This document shows, in pieces, positions 45,932 through 55,441 of a DNA stretch of 64,000 nucleotides. Location: assembly GCA_964489195.1 (NCBI GenBank), contig CAZAXN010000027.1, positions 346-64,345 on the forward strand, written 5' to 3'. Made by a program: the position numbers and the translations under genes. Position 1 is the first letter of the stretch; every line of letters begins with the position of its first letter. The notes under the pieces were generated by a model. It had not been told where the DNA came from. It did no database searches and saw only the letters and a program-made list of their open reading frames with translations. The DNA comes from an uncultured Candidatus Bathyarchaeia archaeon (GTDB lineage: Archaea; Thermoproteota; Bathyarchaeia; Bathyarchaeales; Bathycorpusculaceae).

Positions 45932-46735
45932 ATGGTAAATACTTTAATGTTTGACTTATCAGTGTGTAAGGGGATTGTTATGAGTACGCATGCGGACGAG
46001 TTAAAACTTCGTTTAATGACTATTGAACTGCTTAGAACTGCAAAGTATAAGAGAAATATTACATATCGTGAATTAGCTTCCAAAACTGGTTTGCCTGTGA
46101 CTGTTCTAAGCAGATATGCCAAGGGTCATGTTTTGCCTAATACTGCAAGGGCAAGACAGCTTTGGAAAGTATTGACGAAGCTCGTAGGTTTAGAAACTGA
46201 GCTTCGAAGTAGAATAAAGTTTGATGAGGATGGATACTTTGATAATACGGATATTATAGGTGATTTTAACATTCTTCAACAAGCAGCTAATCATGCTTTA
46301 GCGAATTTTGCTGGAAAACGCGTGACTAAAGTTTTGACTGCAGCAGTAGATGGAATTCCATTAGCGACTATGGTTGCAAACGCTTTAGGTGTAAATCTTG
46401 TGGTGGCAAAAAGAAACAAGGAAGTAGGAGTTAAAGGTTTTTTGGAGGAAACTTATGCGCTTAAGGATTCTGGAGTAACGATGACTCTGTACATTCCAAA
46501 GGACATTATTAAAAAAAGAGATAGCGTGTTGATTGTTGATGATATGATTAAGACAGGTGAAACACAGGCTGCCTTGGTTAATATGGTTCGAAAGGTTAAG
46601 GCTGAAATTTCCGGGTTTTTCTCACTTATTGCTGTTGGAGATGAATGGAAGAAAAAACTGAAGCTTTCTGGAGAATGCCCCATAGAAGTTATAACCTATG
46701 TCAAGACACCACAGGAGCTAGGCACTCGCCTTTAA
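45932..46735 (+). CDS. transcriptional regulator: N-terminal HTH plus C-terminal phosphoribosyltransferase domain (PurR/GfcR-like architecture)
   Basis: HTH ITYRELASKTGLPVTVLSRYAKGHVLP and PRPP loop VLIVDDMIKTGET. The likely start is Met17 at 45980. Confidence 0.7.
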   Translation: MVNTLMFDLSVCKGIVMSTHADELKLRLMTIELLRTAKYKRNITYRELASKTGLPVTVLSRYAKGHVLPNTARARQLWKVLTKLVGLETELRSRIKFDEDGYFDNTDIIGDFNILQQAANHALANFAGKRVTKVLTAAVDGIPLATMVANALGVNLVVAKRNKEVGVKGFLEETYALKDSGVTMTLYIPKDIIKKRDSVLIVDDMIKTGETQAALVNMVRKVKAEISGFFSLIAVGDEWKKKLKLSGECPIEVITYVKTPQELGTRL

Positions 46736-47408
46736 ATATACAAAAAACGCATTTTTTCTTTCTACAGTAATTTTTACCAAGCCTAAGCAAAGCTGTTTCG
46801 AAGTTAACAAAAGATTTTCCAACAATCTTGTTTTTAAACCAAAAAGTCTTCAACTGTATTAGGGCATCTTCTGGAGTTCTATCTTTTATTATTCCAAGCT
46901 TTTCAGCAGCAAAAATGACGAGAATCGTAGGTTTTGGATCAGTTTTCTTCCAGACTTCACGCAATTCTCTCAGAAAGATGCTTACTGTTACATCGCCTAT
47001 GCCTTTTCCCAAGTTTCTCAGCCTATTTTCCAAGTCTTGCTTATCCGAAGCTACATTGTAAAGAGTCGTTAGGCTTCCATAGTATCTCTCAATGAGATTT
47101 TGCATCACTTCGAGGAGCTTATCTGCTGTTTTAAAATCATATCTTGTATAGCTGCCTTCATCCAGAATTTTAACTAATCCATCCCATCCTGCTTCCAAAA
47201 TTTTTTCTGGATTAAGCAAAGCATATTTTTTGAAGCAGTTAAAGGTTTTAATTGCAGCATTTTCTCTTATTGGGGCACCGAATAGTATTGATGCTAAGAA
47301 CCATTTGAAAATCTCTTCATCCTTGCTTTTTGAAAGATCTATGCTTAAAATTTCAGAGTAGCATTTTCCAAAATTTTCAATAAGCGTCTTTACACTTTCA
47401 CGCCTCAT
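46701..47408 (-). CDS. helix-hairpin-helix (endonuclease III / HhH-GPD-like) protein
   Basis: 235 aa. HhH-like LGKGIGDVTVSIFLRELR and C-terminal Cys cluster CRKKKCVFCIFKGEC. Family assignment is tentative. Confidence 0.4.
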   Translation of the reverse strand: MRRESVKTLIENFGKCYSEILSIDLSKSKDEEIFKWFLASILFGAPIRENAAIKTFNCFKKYALLNPEKILEAGWDGLVKILDEGSYTRYDFKTADKLLEVMQNLIERYYGSLTTLYNVASDKQDLENRLRNLGKGIGDVTVSIFLRELREVWKKTDPKPTILVIFAAEKLGIIKDRTPEDALIQLKTFWFKNKIVGKSFVNFETALLRLGKNYCRKKKCVFCIFKGECLAPVVS

Positions 47409-47445
47409 GGTTCATTCCTCTCTTTAACAAAATTTTATACAACCT

Positions 47446-48510
47446 TTGCATAAACGATTTACTCAAGGCTGTACATCCATGTTAAAGCGTACGATTGAAT
47501 GGCAAAATGGAACTGTTGTAACAGTTGATCAAGCAAGGCTTCCAAATGAAACAGTAATTATCGAAATGAAAGATTGTGATGAGGTAGCTGAAGCCATAAA
47601 AACTATGAAAATAAGAGGAGCACCTCTGTTGGGTGCTGCTGCAGCCTTTGCTTTGGCTTTAACAGCATACAATTCTAAAGCGAAAAATCGAGAGCAGTTA
47701 ATTAAAGCGTTGGAAAAATCAGCGGAAGTTCTGAGGAAAACTCGCCCCACGGCAGTTAACCTTTTTTGGGCGACAAATAGAATTCTAGCTAAAGCCCAAA
47801 GTTTTTCTGGAAACATTGAGGCTTTGGTTGTTTCTGTTGTAGAGGAAGCGCAGAAAATAGCTGACGAAGATGTGGAGGCGAATCGTTTGATTGGCAAATT
47901 CGGTGCTAAGCTTGTAGATGATGGAGATGTTGTTTTGACACATTGTAATGCTGGCGCTTTGGCTACTGTTGAGTATGGCACAGCATTAGGTATTATGAGA
48001 GCTGCATGGGAGCAGGGAAAAAGAATTAAGGTTATTGCCACTGAAACTCGTCCAAAATTGCAAGGAGCAAGGTTGACAACTTATGAGCTTAAGCGAGAGG
48101 GGATACCTGTTACTTTGATTACAGATAACATGGTTGGCTACGTTATGTATAAGCGGCTAATAAACAAGGTGGTGGTTGGAGCTGACAGAATTGTTCAGAA
48201 TGCTGTTATTAACAAGATTGGAACATACACAATTGCAGTTTTAGCTAAAGAGCATAGCATACCATTCTATGTTGCTGCCCCAAAATCTACTTTTGATTTA
48301 AAACATAAATCATCCGAAATTATTATCGAAGAAAGAAGGCCTGAAGAGGTTACTCATATAAATTCGAAGAGAATTGCCACTGAAGGCATTGAAGTTATGA
48401 ATCCAGCGTTCGATATAACTCCGCTTGATTACGTGACAGCCATTATTTGCAATAGCGGCATTGTATATAAGAAGGATTTTGATAAGTTTAAAGCCAATTG
48501 TCATGGATGA
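47446..48510 (+). CDS. mtnA: methylthioribose-1-phosphate isomerase-like (eIF-2B alpha/beta/delta family)
   Basis: IEWQNGTVVTVDQARLPNE...MKIRGAPLLGAAAAFALAL, THCNAGALATVEYGTALG, VVVGADRI. The likely start is Met12 at 47479. Confidence 0.8.
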   Translation: MHKRFTQGCTSMLKRTIEWQNGTVVTVDQARLPNETVIIEMKDCDEVAEAIKTMKIRGAPLLGAAAAFALALTAYNSKAKNREQLIKALEKSAEVLRKTRPTAVNLFWATNRILAKAQSFSGNIEALVVSVVEEAQKIADEDVEANRLIGKFGAKLVDDGDVVLTHCNAGALATVEYGTALGIMRAAWEQGKRIKVIATETRPKLQGARLTTYELKREGIPVTLITDNMVGYVMYKRLINKVVVGADRIVQNAVINKIGTYTIAVLAKEHSIPFYVAAPKSTFDLKHKSSEIIIEERRPEEVTHINSKRIATEGIEVMNPAFDITPLDYVTAIICNSGIVYKKDFDKFKANCHG

Positions 48511-48533
48511 AAAAATAGTTTAATGGTGATTAA

Positions 48534-49097
48534 GTGATGACAATCAAAACTGAAGAGAAAAAGTCGTACAACTCGGAGCTTGGAATTAAAGGCGTTCTTA
48601 AGGAAAATGCTGTTCAAGTTTCGAAAAATCAGAATGTGGAAGAGATTTCTTCAAGGGGATATGGTTCACTAGAAAATGGCGAGTTTTCACTCACTTTTTA
48701 TGAGGCACTTTATCTTTTGGAGAAAGGCTTTTTGCAAGTTGAAGATGAAAAAGGCAAGAAAGTGAATTTTCAGAAGCTTTTGCAGCTTTATGAAAGTATC
48801 GATGAGAATGCTTGGGCTAAATATTTGGTTTATAGGGATTTGAGAAGTCGGGGATATGTTGTGCGTGAAGGTTTCGGTTTGGGAGTTGACTTTAGAGTTT
48901 ATGAGAGAGGCGAATATGGCAAGGACACAGCTAAATACCTAATGCTAAGCATTCAAGAAGGAAAACCAATATCACTGGAAAATTTGACAACAGCTTTGAA
49001 ACAGTGCCAAAGCCTGAAGAAAGAGTTAATTTTGGCTGTTATGAATCGTAGAGGAGAAACTGTTTACTATTCAGTTTCACAGTTTACATTAACGTAA
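48534..49097 (+). CDS. endA: tRNA-splicing endonuclease homolog (EndA family)
   Basis: LTFYEALYLLEKGFL, KYLVYRDLRSRGYVVREGFGLGVDFRVYERG, KKELILAV. The His expected after the YERG loop is not evident (GKDTAKYLML). Confidence 0.8.
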   Translation: MMTIKTEEKKSYNSELGIKGVLKENAVQVSKNQNVEEISSRGYGSLENGEFSLTFYEALYLLEKGFLQVEDEKGKKVNFQKLLQLYESIDENAWAKYLVYRDLRSRGYVVREGFGLGVDFRVYERGEYGKDTAKYLMLSIQEGKPISLENLTTALKQCQSLKKELILAVMNRRGETVYYSVSQFTLT

Positions 49098-49110
49098 TGG
49101 AGAAGCAGTT

Positions 49111-50406
49111 ATGGTGGAATTTAAAACTGTTCGTGGCATGAGAGATTTTCTCCCAGAAGAAGCAAAAATAATGCGTTATATTGAAGATAAAGCCAGAAGA
49201 GTAGCGGAGCTTTATGGATATAAAGAAATTATTACGCCAGTGCTGGAACCATACGAGCTTTTGGCAGCGAAAGCAGGTGAAGAAATTCGCTTGCGAATGT
49301 ACACTTTCAAAGATTTAGGTGAGCGAATGGTTGCCATGCGGCCAGAGTTCACGCCTTCAGTGGCTAGATTGGTAGCGACTACTTTGCGGAATGAACCTAA
49401 GCCTTTCAGACTTTTTTGTGTTGGAAGTCTATACCGTTATGATGAACCACAGCAAGGACGTTATCGGGAGTTTTGGCAATCAAACTTTGAATTGATGGGT
49501 TCAGACAAGCCTGAAGCAGATGCAGAAATAATATTGTTGACAAACAGTTTGATGACGCTTGTGGGTTTGAGGAATCATACTTTCAAGATTGGTCATGTTG
49601 GAGTTTTAAGGGGAGTGATGAGTGGGGAGGAATTGGATGAGAAAGTGCAGAATGGTGCAATGCAATTGATGGATAAAAAACAGTACGATGACGCTTTTAG
49701 ACTGATAGAAGAAGCTGGATCATCAAGCAAATGTATAGCAACTCTCAGAAAATTAGTGAAGCTCAGAGGCCGCAATTTAGGAACCATAGAGAAAATGAAG
49801 CAACTTGTCAAAAATTATGAAGAGGCTTCAAAAGCAACAGAGAACCTTCAACAAATACTAAAACTTGTTAAGGCAAGTGAATTTAAGATTGAAATGACCG
49901 TTGAGGCTGGCTTTGCAAGAGGTTTGGAATATTATACGGGAATCATTTTTGAAGTCAACGTACCAGAAATGGACAAAGCATTAGCTGGTGGTGGGAGATA
50001 TGATAGGCTTATTGCGTTGTTTGGCGGCGAATCAACACCAGCAGTGGGAGTTGCTCATGGAATTGACAGAATAATGCTGGCATTCCAACTACAGAAGACA
50101 ACTTTGAAGACGAAGGATGAGAGAAAGACCATGATTATTCCCATTAGTGAAGAGTTGAATGGCGAAGCATTGAAGATTTCACAAATGCTTAGGGATGCAG
50201 ATATATCTGTAGAGGTTGAGGTTACTGGGCGAAAGGTAAGTAAGGCTTTAGAAGATGCGAACAGAAAGAGAATGGATTACGCAATAATTGTTGGCGAGAA
50301 GGAACTTAAAGAAGGCTCGGTTGTTGTTCGAAATTTAGTAAAAAGAGAACAAAAAATTGTGAAAATCAAAAAAATAGCAGAAACAATAAAAGGTCAATGC
50401 GGTTAA
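49111..50406 (+). CDS. hisS: histidyl-tRNA synthetase
   Basis: Class II motifs MRPEFTPSVAR, LYRYDEPQQGRYREFWQ, GGGRYD, plus a C-terminal anticodon-binding domain. Confidence 0.95.
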   Translation: MVEFKTVRGMRDFLPEEAKIMRYIEDKARRVAELYGYKEIITPVLEPYELLAAKAGEEIRLRMYTFKDLGERMVAMRPEFTPSVARLVATTLRNEPKPFRLFCVGSLYRYDEPQQGRYREFWQSNFELMGSDKPEADAEIILLTNSLMTLVGLRNHTFKIGHVGVLRGVMSGEELDEKVQNGAMQLMDKKQYDDAFRLIEEAGSSSKCIATLRKLVKLRGRNLGTIEKMKQLVKNYEEASKATENLQQILKLVKASEFKIEMTVEAGFARGLEYYTGIIFEVNVPEMDKALAGGGRYDRLIALFGGESTPAVGVAHGIDRIMLAFQLQKTTLKTKDERKTMIIPISEELNGEALKISQMLRDADISVEVEVTGRKVSKALEDANRKRMDYAIIVGEKELKEGSVVVRNLVKREQKIVKIKKIAETIKGQCG

Positions 50407-50873
50407 CCTTGCAATTTTTCTCTTCTTAGAAAGTCTCCAATATCCGAAATTCTTTTTACTGCGACACAGTTACTTGCTTCATCTAAATCGCATAATATTT
50501 TGCCAAAACCTAAACATTCACCATATCGATTCATAATTAAAGTGTAATTGCCTTTCCTCTTAGAACCAATAATTTTCATTATTCCTCTTTTGAAAATGTC
50601 TCTTCCACAAATGAAAAGCCACTCTGTCTTCTCATCAACGACTATCTTGTTTGCTTTTTGTTTTGCAATCATCGTTAAGAGATTAAAACTTGGAAAGAAT
50701 TTACCATTCTTGATTTTACCAAGATATTCTCCAGCATAAAAAAAGTTTTTTCTAACAAGCTCTTTCAGATTTTCATTAAGAAGAAAATATCTATTCTCTT
50801 TTCTCAATATAAGGCGCTCATCTAAACTTATGCTTGCACCAAAAAGATTCACAAAACTCTTTATAACTTTCAT
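50403..50873 (-). CDS. PUA-domain protein (Nip7-like)
   Basis: 156 aa. The C-terminal half GNYTLIMNRYGECLGFGKI...VAVKRISDIGDFLR resembles a PUA domain. Overlaps the upstream methyltransferase gene by 4 nt. Confidence 0.5.
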   Translation of the reverse strand: MKVIKSFVNLFGASISLDERLILRKENRYFLLNENLKELVRKNFFYAGEYLGKIKNGKFFPSFNLLTMIAKQKANKIVVDEKTEWLFICGRDIFKRGIMKIIGSKRKGNYTLIMNRYGECLGFGKILCDLDEASNCVAVKRISDIGDFLRREKLQG

Positions 50874-51841
50874 ATTGCATCACCAATCTTTTTGAGTTTA
50901 CAAACAAAGAAGCCTTGTGTTTCTCTGGGCCAGATTCTTCGACAATTCTCTACGCTGTTGTCCAATTGCTGCTTAAAGATTTTTGTTAATGCTTTTTCTC
51001 CATAACAATTGATTTTTTGAACTTGAAGCTTTAGAGTTTTTATTGCCCAGTCAATATTCAACTCGTTCTCTTCTGGCTCTAAGGAGCAGGTTGCATAGAC
51101 TATTTCTCCATCATCACTTAGAATTTTTACTGCTTCTACCAATATTTCTCTTTGCAACCTTTCATTTCTTTTCACATCATTAATTGTCCTTCTCCTAAAC
51201 CACTCATTGTCTGTGGCGAAATTGCCGGAGCAGGGCATATCCAAAAGGATTCTATCAAATTTCAATTTAAACCTTGACGCTTGCCGTGCATCTAAATTGT
51301 AAACCATTGTGTTGACTACATGGCATCGTTCCAGCTGGTTTGACAATGCAATTAATCTTTGCTTTTTAACATCTAGGGCTATGATGGCGCCTGTATTCTG
51401 CATCAAATCGGCTAATTGAACAGTTTTCCCTCCAGGTGCAGCACAAGCATCCAAAACCAATTTATCTTTCAATTCCGTGAATAACGTCGCTGGAATTTGA
51501 GCTGCAGCCTCCTGGATTGAATATAAACCTAAAAGATATTCAGATGTTGCACCAACAGAAAACTTGGATTTGCTTATCCAGTAGCCTTTGTGGAGGAAAG
51601 GAATCTTCTCTAATTTCATTCCTCGCAGCTGCAATCTTTCTACAATATTCGCTTCTTCAGCGTTAATGGTGTTTATTCTGATTGCTTGCTTAAGCTCAAT
51701 ATCTTCATATTTCCAACCTAACTCCTTATAACGATTTATGAAGAATTCTTTACCAGACATCAAATGAAGATAAAGGAAAATGCCAATAAAAAACTTAATG
51801 TAGCAGGTTAATTTAGCTTTGACAATCTCCTTGCAAACCAT
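50870..51841 (-). CDS. NOL1/NOP2/Sun-family RNA (cytosine-C5) methyltransferase
   Basis: SAM motif DACAAPGGKT, ILLDMPCSG, VYATCSLEPEENE. The likely start is Met28 at 51760 (MSGKEFFINRY), which removes the overlap with the ATPase gene. Confidence 0.85.
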   Translation of the reverse strand: MVCKEIVKAKLTCYIKFFIGIFLYLHLMSGKEFFINRYKELGWKYEDIELKQAIRINTINAEEANIVERLQLRGMKLEKIPFLHKGYWISKSKFSVGATSEYLLGLYSIQEAAAQIPATLFTELKDKLVLDACAAPGGKTVQLADLMQNTGAIIALDVKKQRLIALSNQLERCHVVNTMVYNLDARQASRFKLKFDRILLDMPCSGNFATDNEWFRRRTINDVKRNERLQREILVEAVKILSDDGEIVYATCSLEPEENELNIDWAIKTLKLQVQKINCYGEKALTKIFKQQLDNSVENCRRIWPRETQGFFVCKLKKIGDAI

Positions 51842-54570
51842 TTTCTAATTTCCTCGGCGAAAACCACAATAAAAGCAATAGTTGCCAAAAATGCCCAGTC
51901 AACACACTCCAATGCTGTTGTTCCAAAAAGCCTCTGCATAGGTGGAATGTAAACTAGGAAGGATAGTATGCAGATTTGAGCTGCTATGCCAAGCCATACC
52001 CATTTGTTGCTTGAAATGCTAGTTTTGAAAATAGATGCTTTGCTTGTTCTACATGCAAGAACATTGCCAACTTGAGCGATTACTATGCTAGCAAAAGTCA
52101 TGGTTACACCTTTAATATAGACCATGCTATCTGAAGGCAATTGCATTCCAAGATGCCAACCTCCAGCAAACCAAGCGCTAAGACAGCCAATCATGGCTCC
52201 AGTGGCAATTATCACTCCTACATAAAATGAACGAAGGAAAACTTTGGCATTAAATAGCCGTTCTTTAACACTTCGTGGAGGTTCCTGCATTATTCCAGGT
52301 TCTGGAGGTTCACGGCTTAAGGCTAATGATGGAATAACGTCTATGCCAAGGTCTATGGCTAAAACTTGCACTACAAGAAGTGGTAAGGGGATGCCCAACA
52401 AAGCATAAAGCAAATAGGGAATTAGCTCAGCCCAATTATGTGAGAAAACGTACACTATGAATTTTCGTATATTCTCATAAATTGTGCGCCCAGACTCAAC
52501 AGCCTTAACAATTGACGCAAAACTGTCGTCAAGCAAAATCATGTCTGCTGCCTCTCTTGCAACATCAGTACCAGAAACACCCATAGCGATACCTATGTCA
52601 GCCTCCTTTAAAGAAGGAGCATCATTGGCCCCATCACCTGTCACAGCTACAACTTCGCCTTTTTGTTTAAGAATCTTGACTATTCGAAGTTTTTGCTCAG
52701 GAGACACACGGGCAAAAATTACATTTCCTTTTTTGACTGCTTCAACAATAGCCTCATCACTCATTGATTCTAAATCCACGCCACGGATTATGCGACAGGT
52801 TGTTGAATCTGTAATGCCAACTTCTTCAGCAATAGCCTGAGCTGTCGGACCATAATCACCAGTTATTATAACAATTTTTATGCCTGCTTCCTTCGCCAAT
52901 TTAACTGCATCCTTAACTTCAGGACGTGGTGGGTCCTTCATCGCTGCAAGTCCAACTAAAATCATGCCTCGTTCAACTTTTTCATTCAGGGATTCATTTT
53001 GAGGCAGTTCTTTATAGGCTACGGCTATCACACGTAAGCCCTCACTTGCAAATTCGCGAATTTTGTTTTCAACCTCATTCAAACGCTCTTTTGTCAACAC
53101 TTCTATGCCATTATCAACCACTATTTGGGTGCATGTTGAGAGAACGCTTCTAGGTGCACCTTTCATATAAACAAGAATTGCGTGGTTAAACTTGTGAATA
53201 GTGCTCATTCTTTTCCGTTTAGAATCGAAAGGCATTATGCGCGTTATTGGCTTCTGCGACAGTATACGTTGCACATTCAAGTCGTGTTTTAACGCTGCAA
53301 CAAGCAATGCTCCATCTGTTGGGTCGCCAATTATGTTCCATGATTTGTTTTTATCAGATGGTGGTTCAATTTTCGCACTATTGCAAAGGGCGGAAATTTC
53401 GAGGAGTTTTTCAACTTTAGCATTTTCTGTCTTTTCCAAGGCTTCGCCGTTGCATGTGAAATTCCCTGTAGGCGTGTATCCAGCTCCTGAAACTTCCACG
53501 ATTTTGTTGTAAACCCAGATTTTTTTAACAGTCATCTCACCCTTAGTGATTGTGCCAGTTTTGTCTGTGCATATAACTGTTACACTGCCTAATGTTTGCA
53601 CAGCGGATAACCGCTTGACAAGAACGTTTTGCTTCACCATTTTTAAGACGTTTATGGCTAATGCGCTTGACACTGTAACTTGCAAACCTTCAGGAACGCA
53701 CGCAACCATCACGCCAATCATGAAAAGTATACTGCTGTAAAGTTCTGAATGAAGCCAAATCATGCTGATGAGAAAGAATACTGCGCCAACAACTATGGCT
53801 AGAATAAAATTATATTTTGCAGTATGGGCAATCTCTTTCTGAAGCGGACTTGCTTCTTCTCCTATTTCCTGCGTCAAACCAGCAATTTTTCCAAATTTTG
53901 TGTTCATGCCAGTTGCAAAAACAACCGCCTTTCCCTTTCCCTTAGCAACACTGGTGCTCATGAAAACAATGTTAGAAGCATCAAGATAAGTTGAATCAGC
54001 AACTTTAGTGGGCTTAGCAGTTCGCGGTTGAGGCTCAGATTCACCTGTTAAAGGAACATTATTAGTCCACAATTCGAAAGCTTCTATCAGACGAGCATCA
54101 GCTGGAACACGGTCTCCTTCCTCTAGAACTATTATGTCACCCGGAACAAGTTCTCTGACTGAGACTTTTTGAAGCTCACCATTTCGGATGACTTTAGCAT
54201 ATTCTGGCATCCAACTCTTCAATGTTTCCATAGCTCTTTCTGCGCGCCATTCTTGGAAAAGGCTGAAAAAAGTATTGACAAAGACTATGAGCAGAATTAT
54301 GAGGCTGAGTTGCCACATACCGCCAAGCGCAGAGAGTAAACTTGCCAGAAGAAGCAAGATGCTGAATAAATCTCTAAGATGCGCTATAAACTTGTATGCA
54401 ATTGAAACCTGCTTTTTTTCAATTAAAATGTTTGAACCATATTTTGCAAGACGCTTTTTTGCCTCTTCGTTGGTTAGTCCATGTAACGACGTTCCTAAAA
54501 CTTCAAAAACAGCTTTAACACGCAGAGACACAAAATCCTCCAATATAAATCCCATCCCAAAATGCTTCAA
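51808..54570 (-). CDS. P-type cation-transporting ATPase (P2-like)
   Basis: TGES, VPEGL, phosphorylation site CTDKTGTIT, hinge TGDGANDAPSLKEADIGIAMG, about 10 TM segments. Confidence 0.9.
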   Translation of the reverse strand: MKHFGMGFILEDFVSLRVKAVFEVLGTSLHGLTNEEAKKRLAKYGSNILIEKKQVSIAYKFIAHLRDLFSILLLLASLLSALGGMWQLSLIILLIVFVNTFFSLFQEWRAERAMETLKSWMPEYAKVIRNGELQKVSVRELVPGDIIVLEEGDRVPADARLIEAFELWTNNVPLTGESEPQPRTAKPTKVADSTYLDASNIVFMSTSVAKGKGKAVVFATGMNTKFGKIAGLTQEIGEEASPLQKEIAHTAKYNFILAIVVGAVFFLISMIWLHSELYSSILFMIGVMVACVPEGLQVTVSSALAINVLKMVKQNVLVKRLSAVQTLGSVTVICTDKTGTITKGEMTVKKIWVYNKIVEVSGAGYTPTGNFTCNGEALEKTENAKVEKLLEISALCNSAKIEPPSDKNKSWNIIGDPTDGALLVAALKHDLNVQRILSQKPITRIMPFDSKRKRMSTIHKFNHAILVYMKGAPRSVLSTCTQIVVDNGIEVLTKERLNEVENKIREFASEGLRVIAVAYKELPQNESLNEKVERGMILVGLAAMKDPPRPEVKDAVKLAKEAGIKIVIITGDYGPTAQAIAEEVGITDSTTCRIIRGVDLESMSDEAIVEAVKKGNVIFARVSPEQKLRIVKILKQKGEVVAVTGDGANDAPSLKEADIGIAMGVSGTDVAREAADMILLDDSFASIVKAVESGRTIYENIRKFIVYVFSHNWAELIPYLLYALLGIPLPLLVVQVLAIDLGIDVIPSLALSREPPEPGIMQEPPRSVKERLFNAKVFLRSFYVGVIIATGAMIGCLSAWFAGGWHLGMQLPSDSMVYIKGVTMTFASIVIAQVGNVLACRTSKASIFKTSISSNKWVWLGIAAQICILSFLVYIPPMQRLFGTTALECVDWAFLATIAFIVVFAEEIRKWFARRLSKLN

Positions 54571-54782
54571 AAACAGAAAATTATGGACATCTAGAATAAT
54601 AGACGTTAAGCGTGTAGTCAGCTAAGGAAACGCTGAAGAATGTAACGCTTTTTGATTTTGCCAAGTTCATAATAATCCTCGATTTTTGAATTTTCCAGTA
54701 GTTACAATTTTTTTAGCTTAATGGAATATCAAGGGGTTAAATTTAAACTAATCGGATTTTACTTGAATTTCGCAAATTTTAA

Positions 54783-55268
54783 ATGATAATCAATAGCACT
54801 ACAAAGCGTGGTTACATGAAGGAAAAGAAATCATTTATCATAATGGTCAAGGATAAATGGTGGCGTGAATTCTGTCGCCATAATCATAATGGAAGAGAAG
54901 TTCACTCCTATGTGCAAAAAGGATTGGCTCCGCCGAAAAATGCTTCGTTAATTTTCTTTTATGTTACAAAACCTTCAAGCCACATTGCGGGTTATGCAGA
55001 ATTTATTGAACGTAAAATGGGAAATGCTGAAGAGATTTGGATGAAACATGGTGATGAATCTGTTTTGGAGTCTAAGGAAAAATACTTGGAATTTTTGGGT
55101 GGTGAAAAGAAAGTTTCATTCATCAGATTTAAAAATTTGCAAGAAGCTGCCCAACCAACACCACTTAACAATGTTCTAGTGCTTTTAGGTGTGAAAAGAT
55201 TGTCAAGAAAAGGATTTTATGTGAATGAGGAAACTTCGAATAAATTATTAGCTTCAATGAAATTCTAG
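54783..55268 (+). CDS. hypothetical protein, possibly ASCH/PUA-like fold
   Basis: 161 aa. SLIFFYVTKPSSHIAGYAEFIER...VSFIRFKNL resembles ASCH/EVE-type beta-barrels. Weak call. Confidence 0.3.
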   Translation: MIINSTTKRGYMKEKKSFIIMVKDKWWREFCRHNHNGREVHSYVQKGLAPPKNASLIFFYVTKPSSHIAGYAEFIERKMGNAEEIWMKHGDESVLESKEKYLEFLGGEKKVSFIRFKNLQEAAQPTPLNNVLVLLGVKRLSRKGFYVNEETSNKLLASMKF

Positions 55269-55441
55269 CTTAACTTGAAATTGTCAGTTAGTATTATTTG
55301 AAAAGGCTGGCAAAAAGTTAATAGGCTACATTTTTCACATCCATGTAGCTTATCTTTAAAAGTGAAACCCAAAATGTTTCCAAACTCTACAGCAACCCTA
55401 AGCTCTCTTTATCATTCCGTTAGTGGAAGGAAGGTCTAGTA

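Noticed and set aside
42530-45950. att-type direct repeat of the tRNA 3' half that would mark an integrated element.
   Set aside because: I found no copy of GGTTCAAATCCCAGCGGACCC or a long part of it near 45660-45950 or 41900-42300 by eye, and no integrase gene is present. An exact-repeat search is still advisable.
45775-46122. Minus-strand ORF of 115 aa overlapping the 5' end of the HTH-PRT regulator gene.
   Set aside because: It has low-complexity composition and no motifs. It overlaps a better-supported gene and its promoter region.
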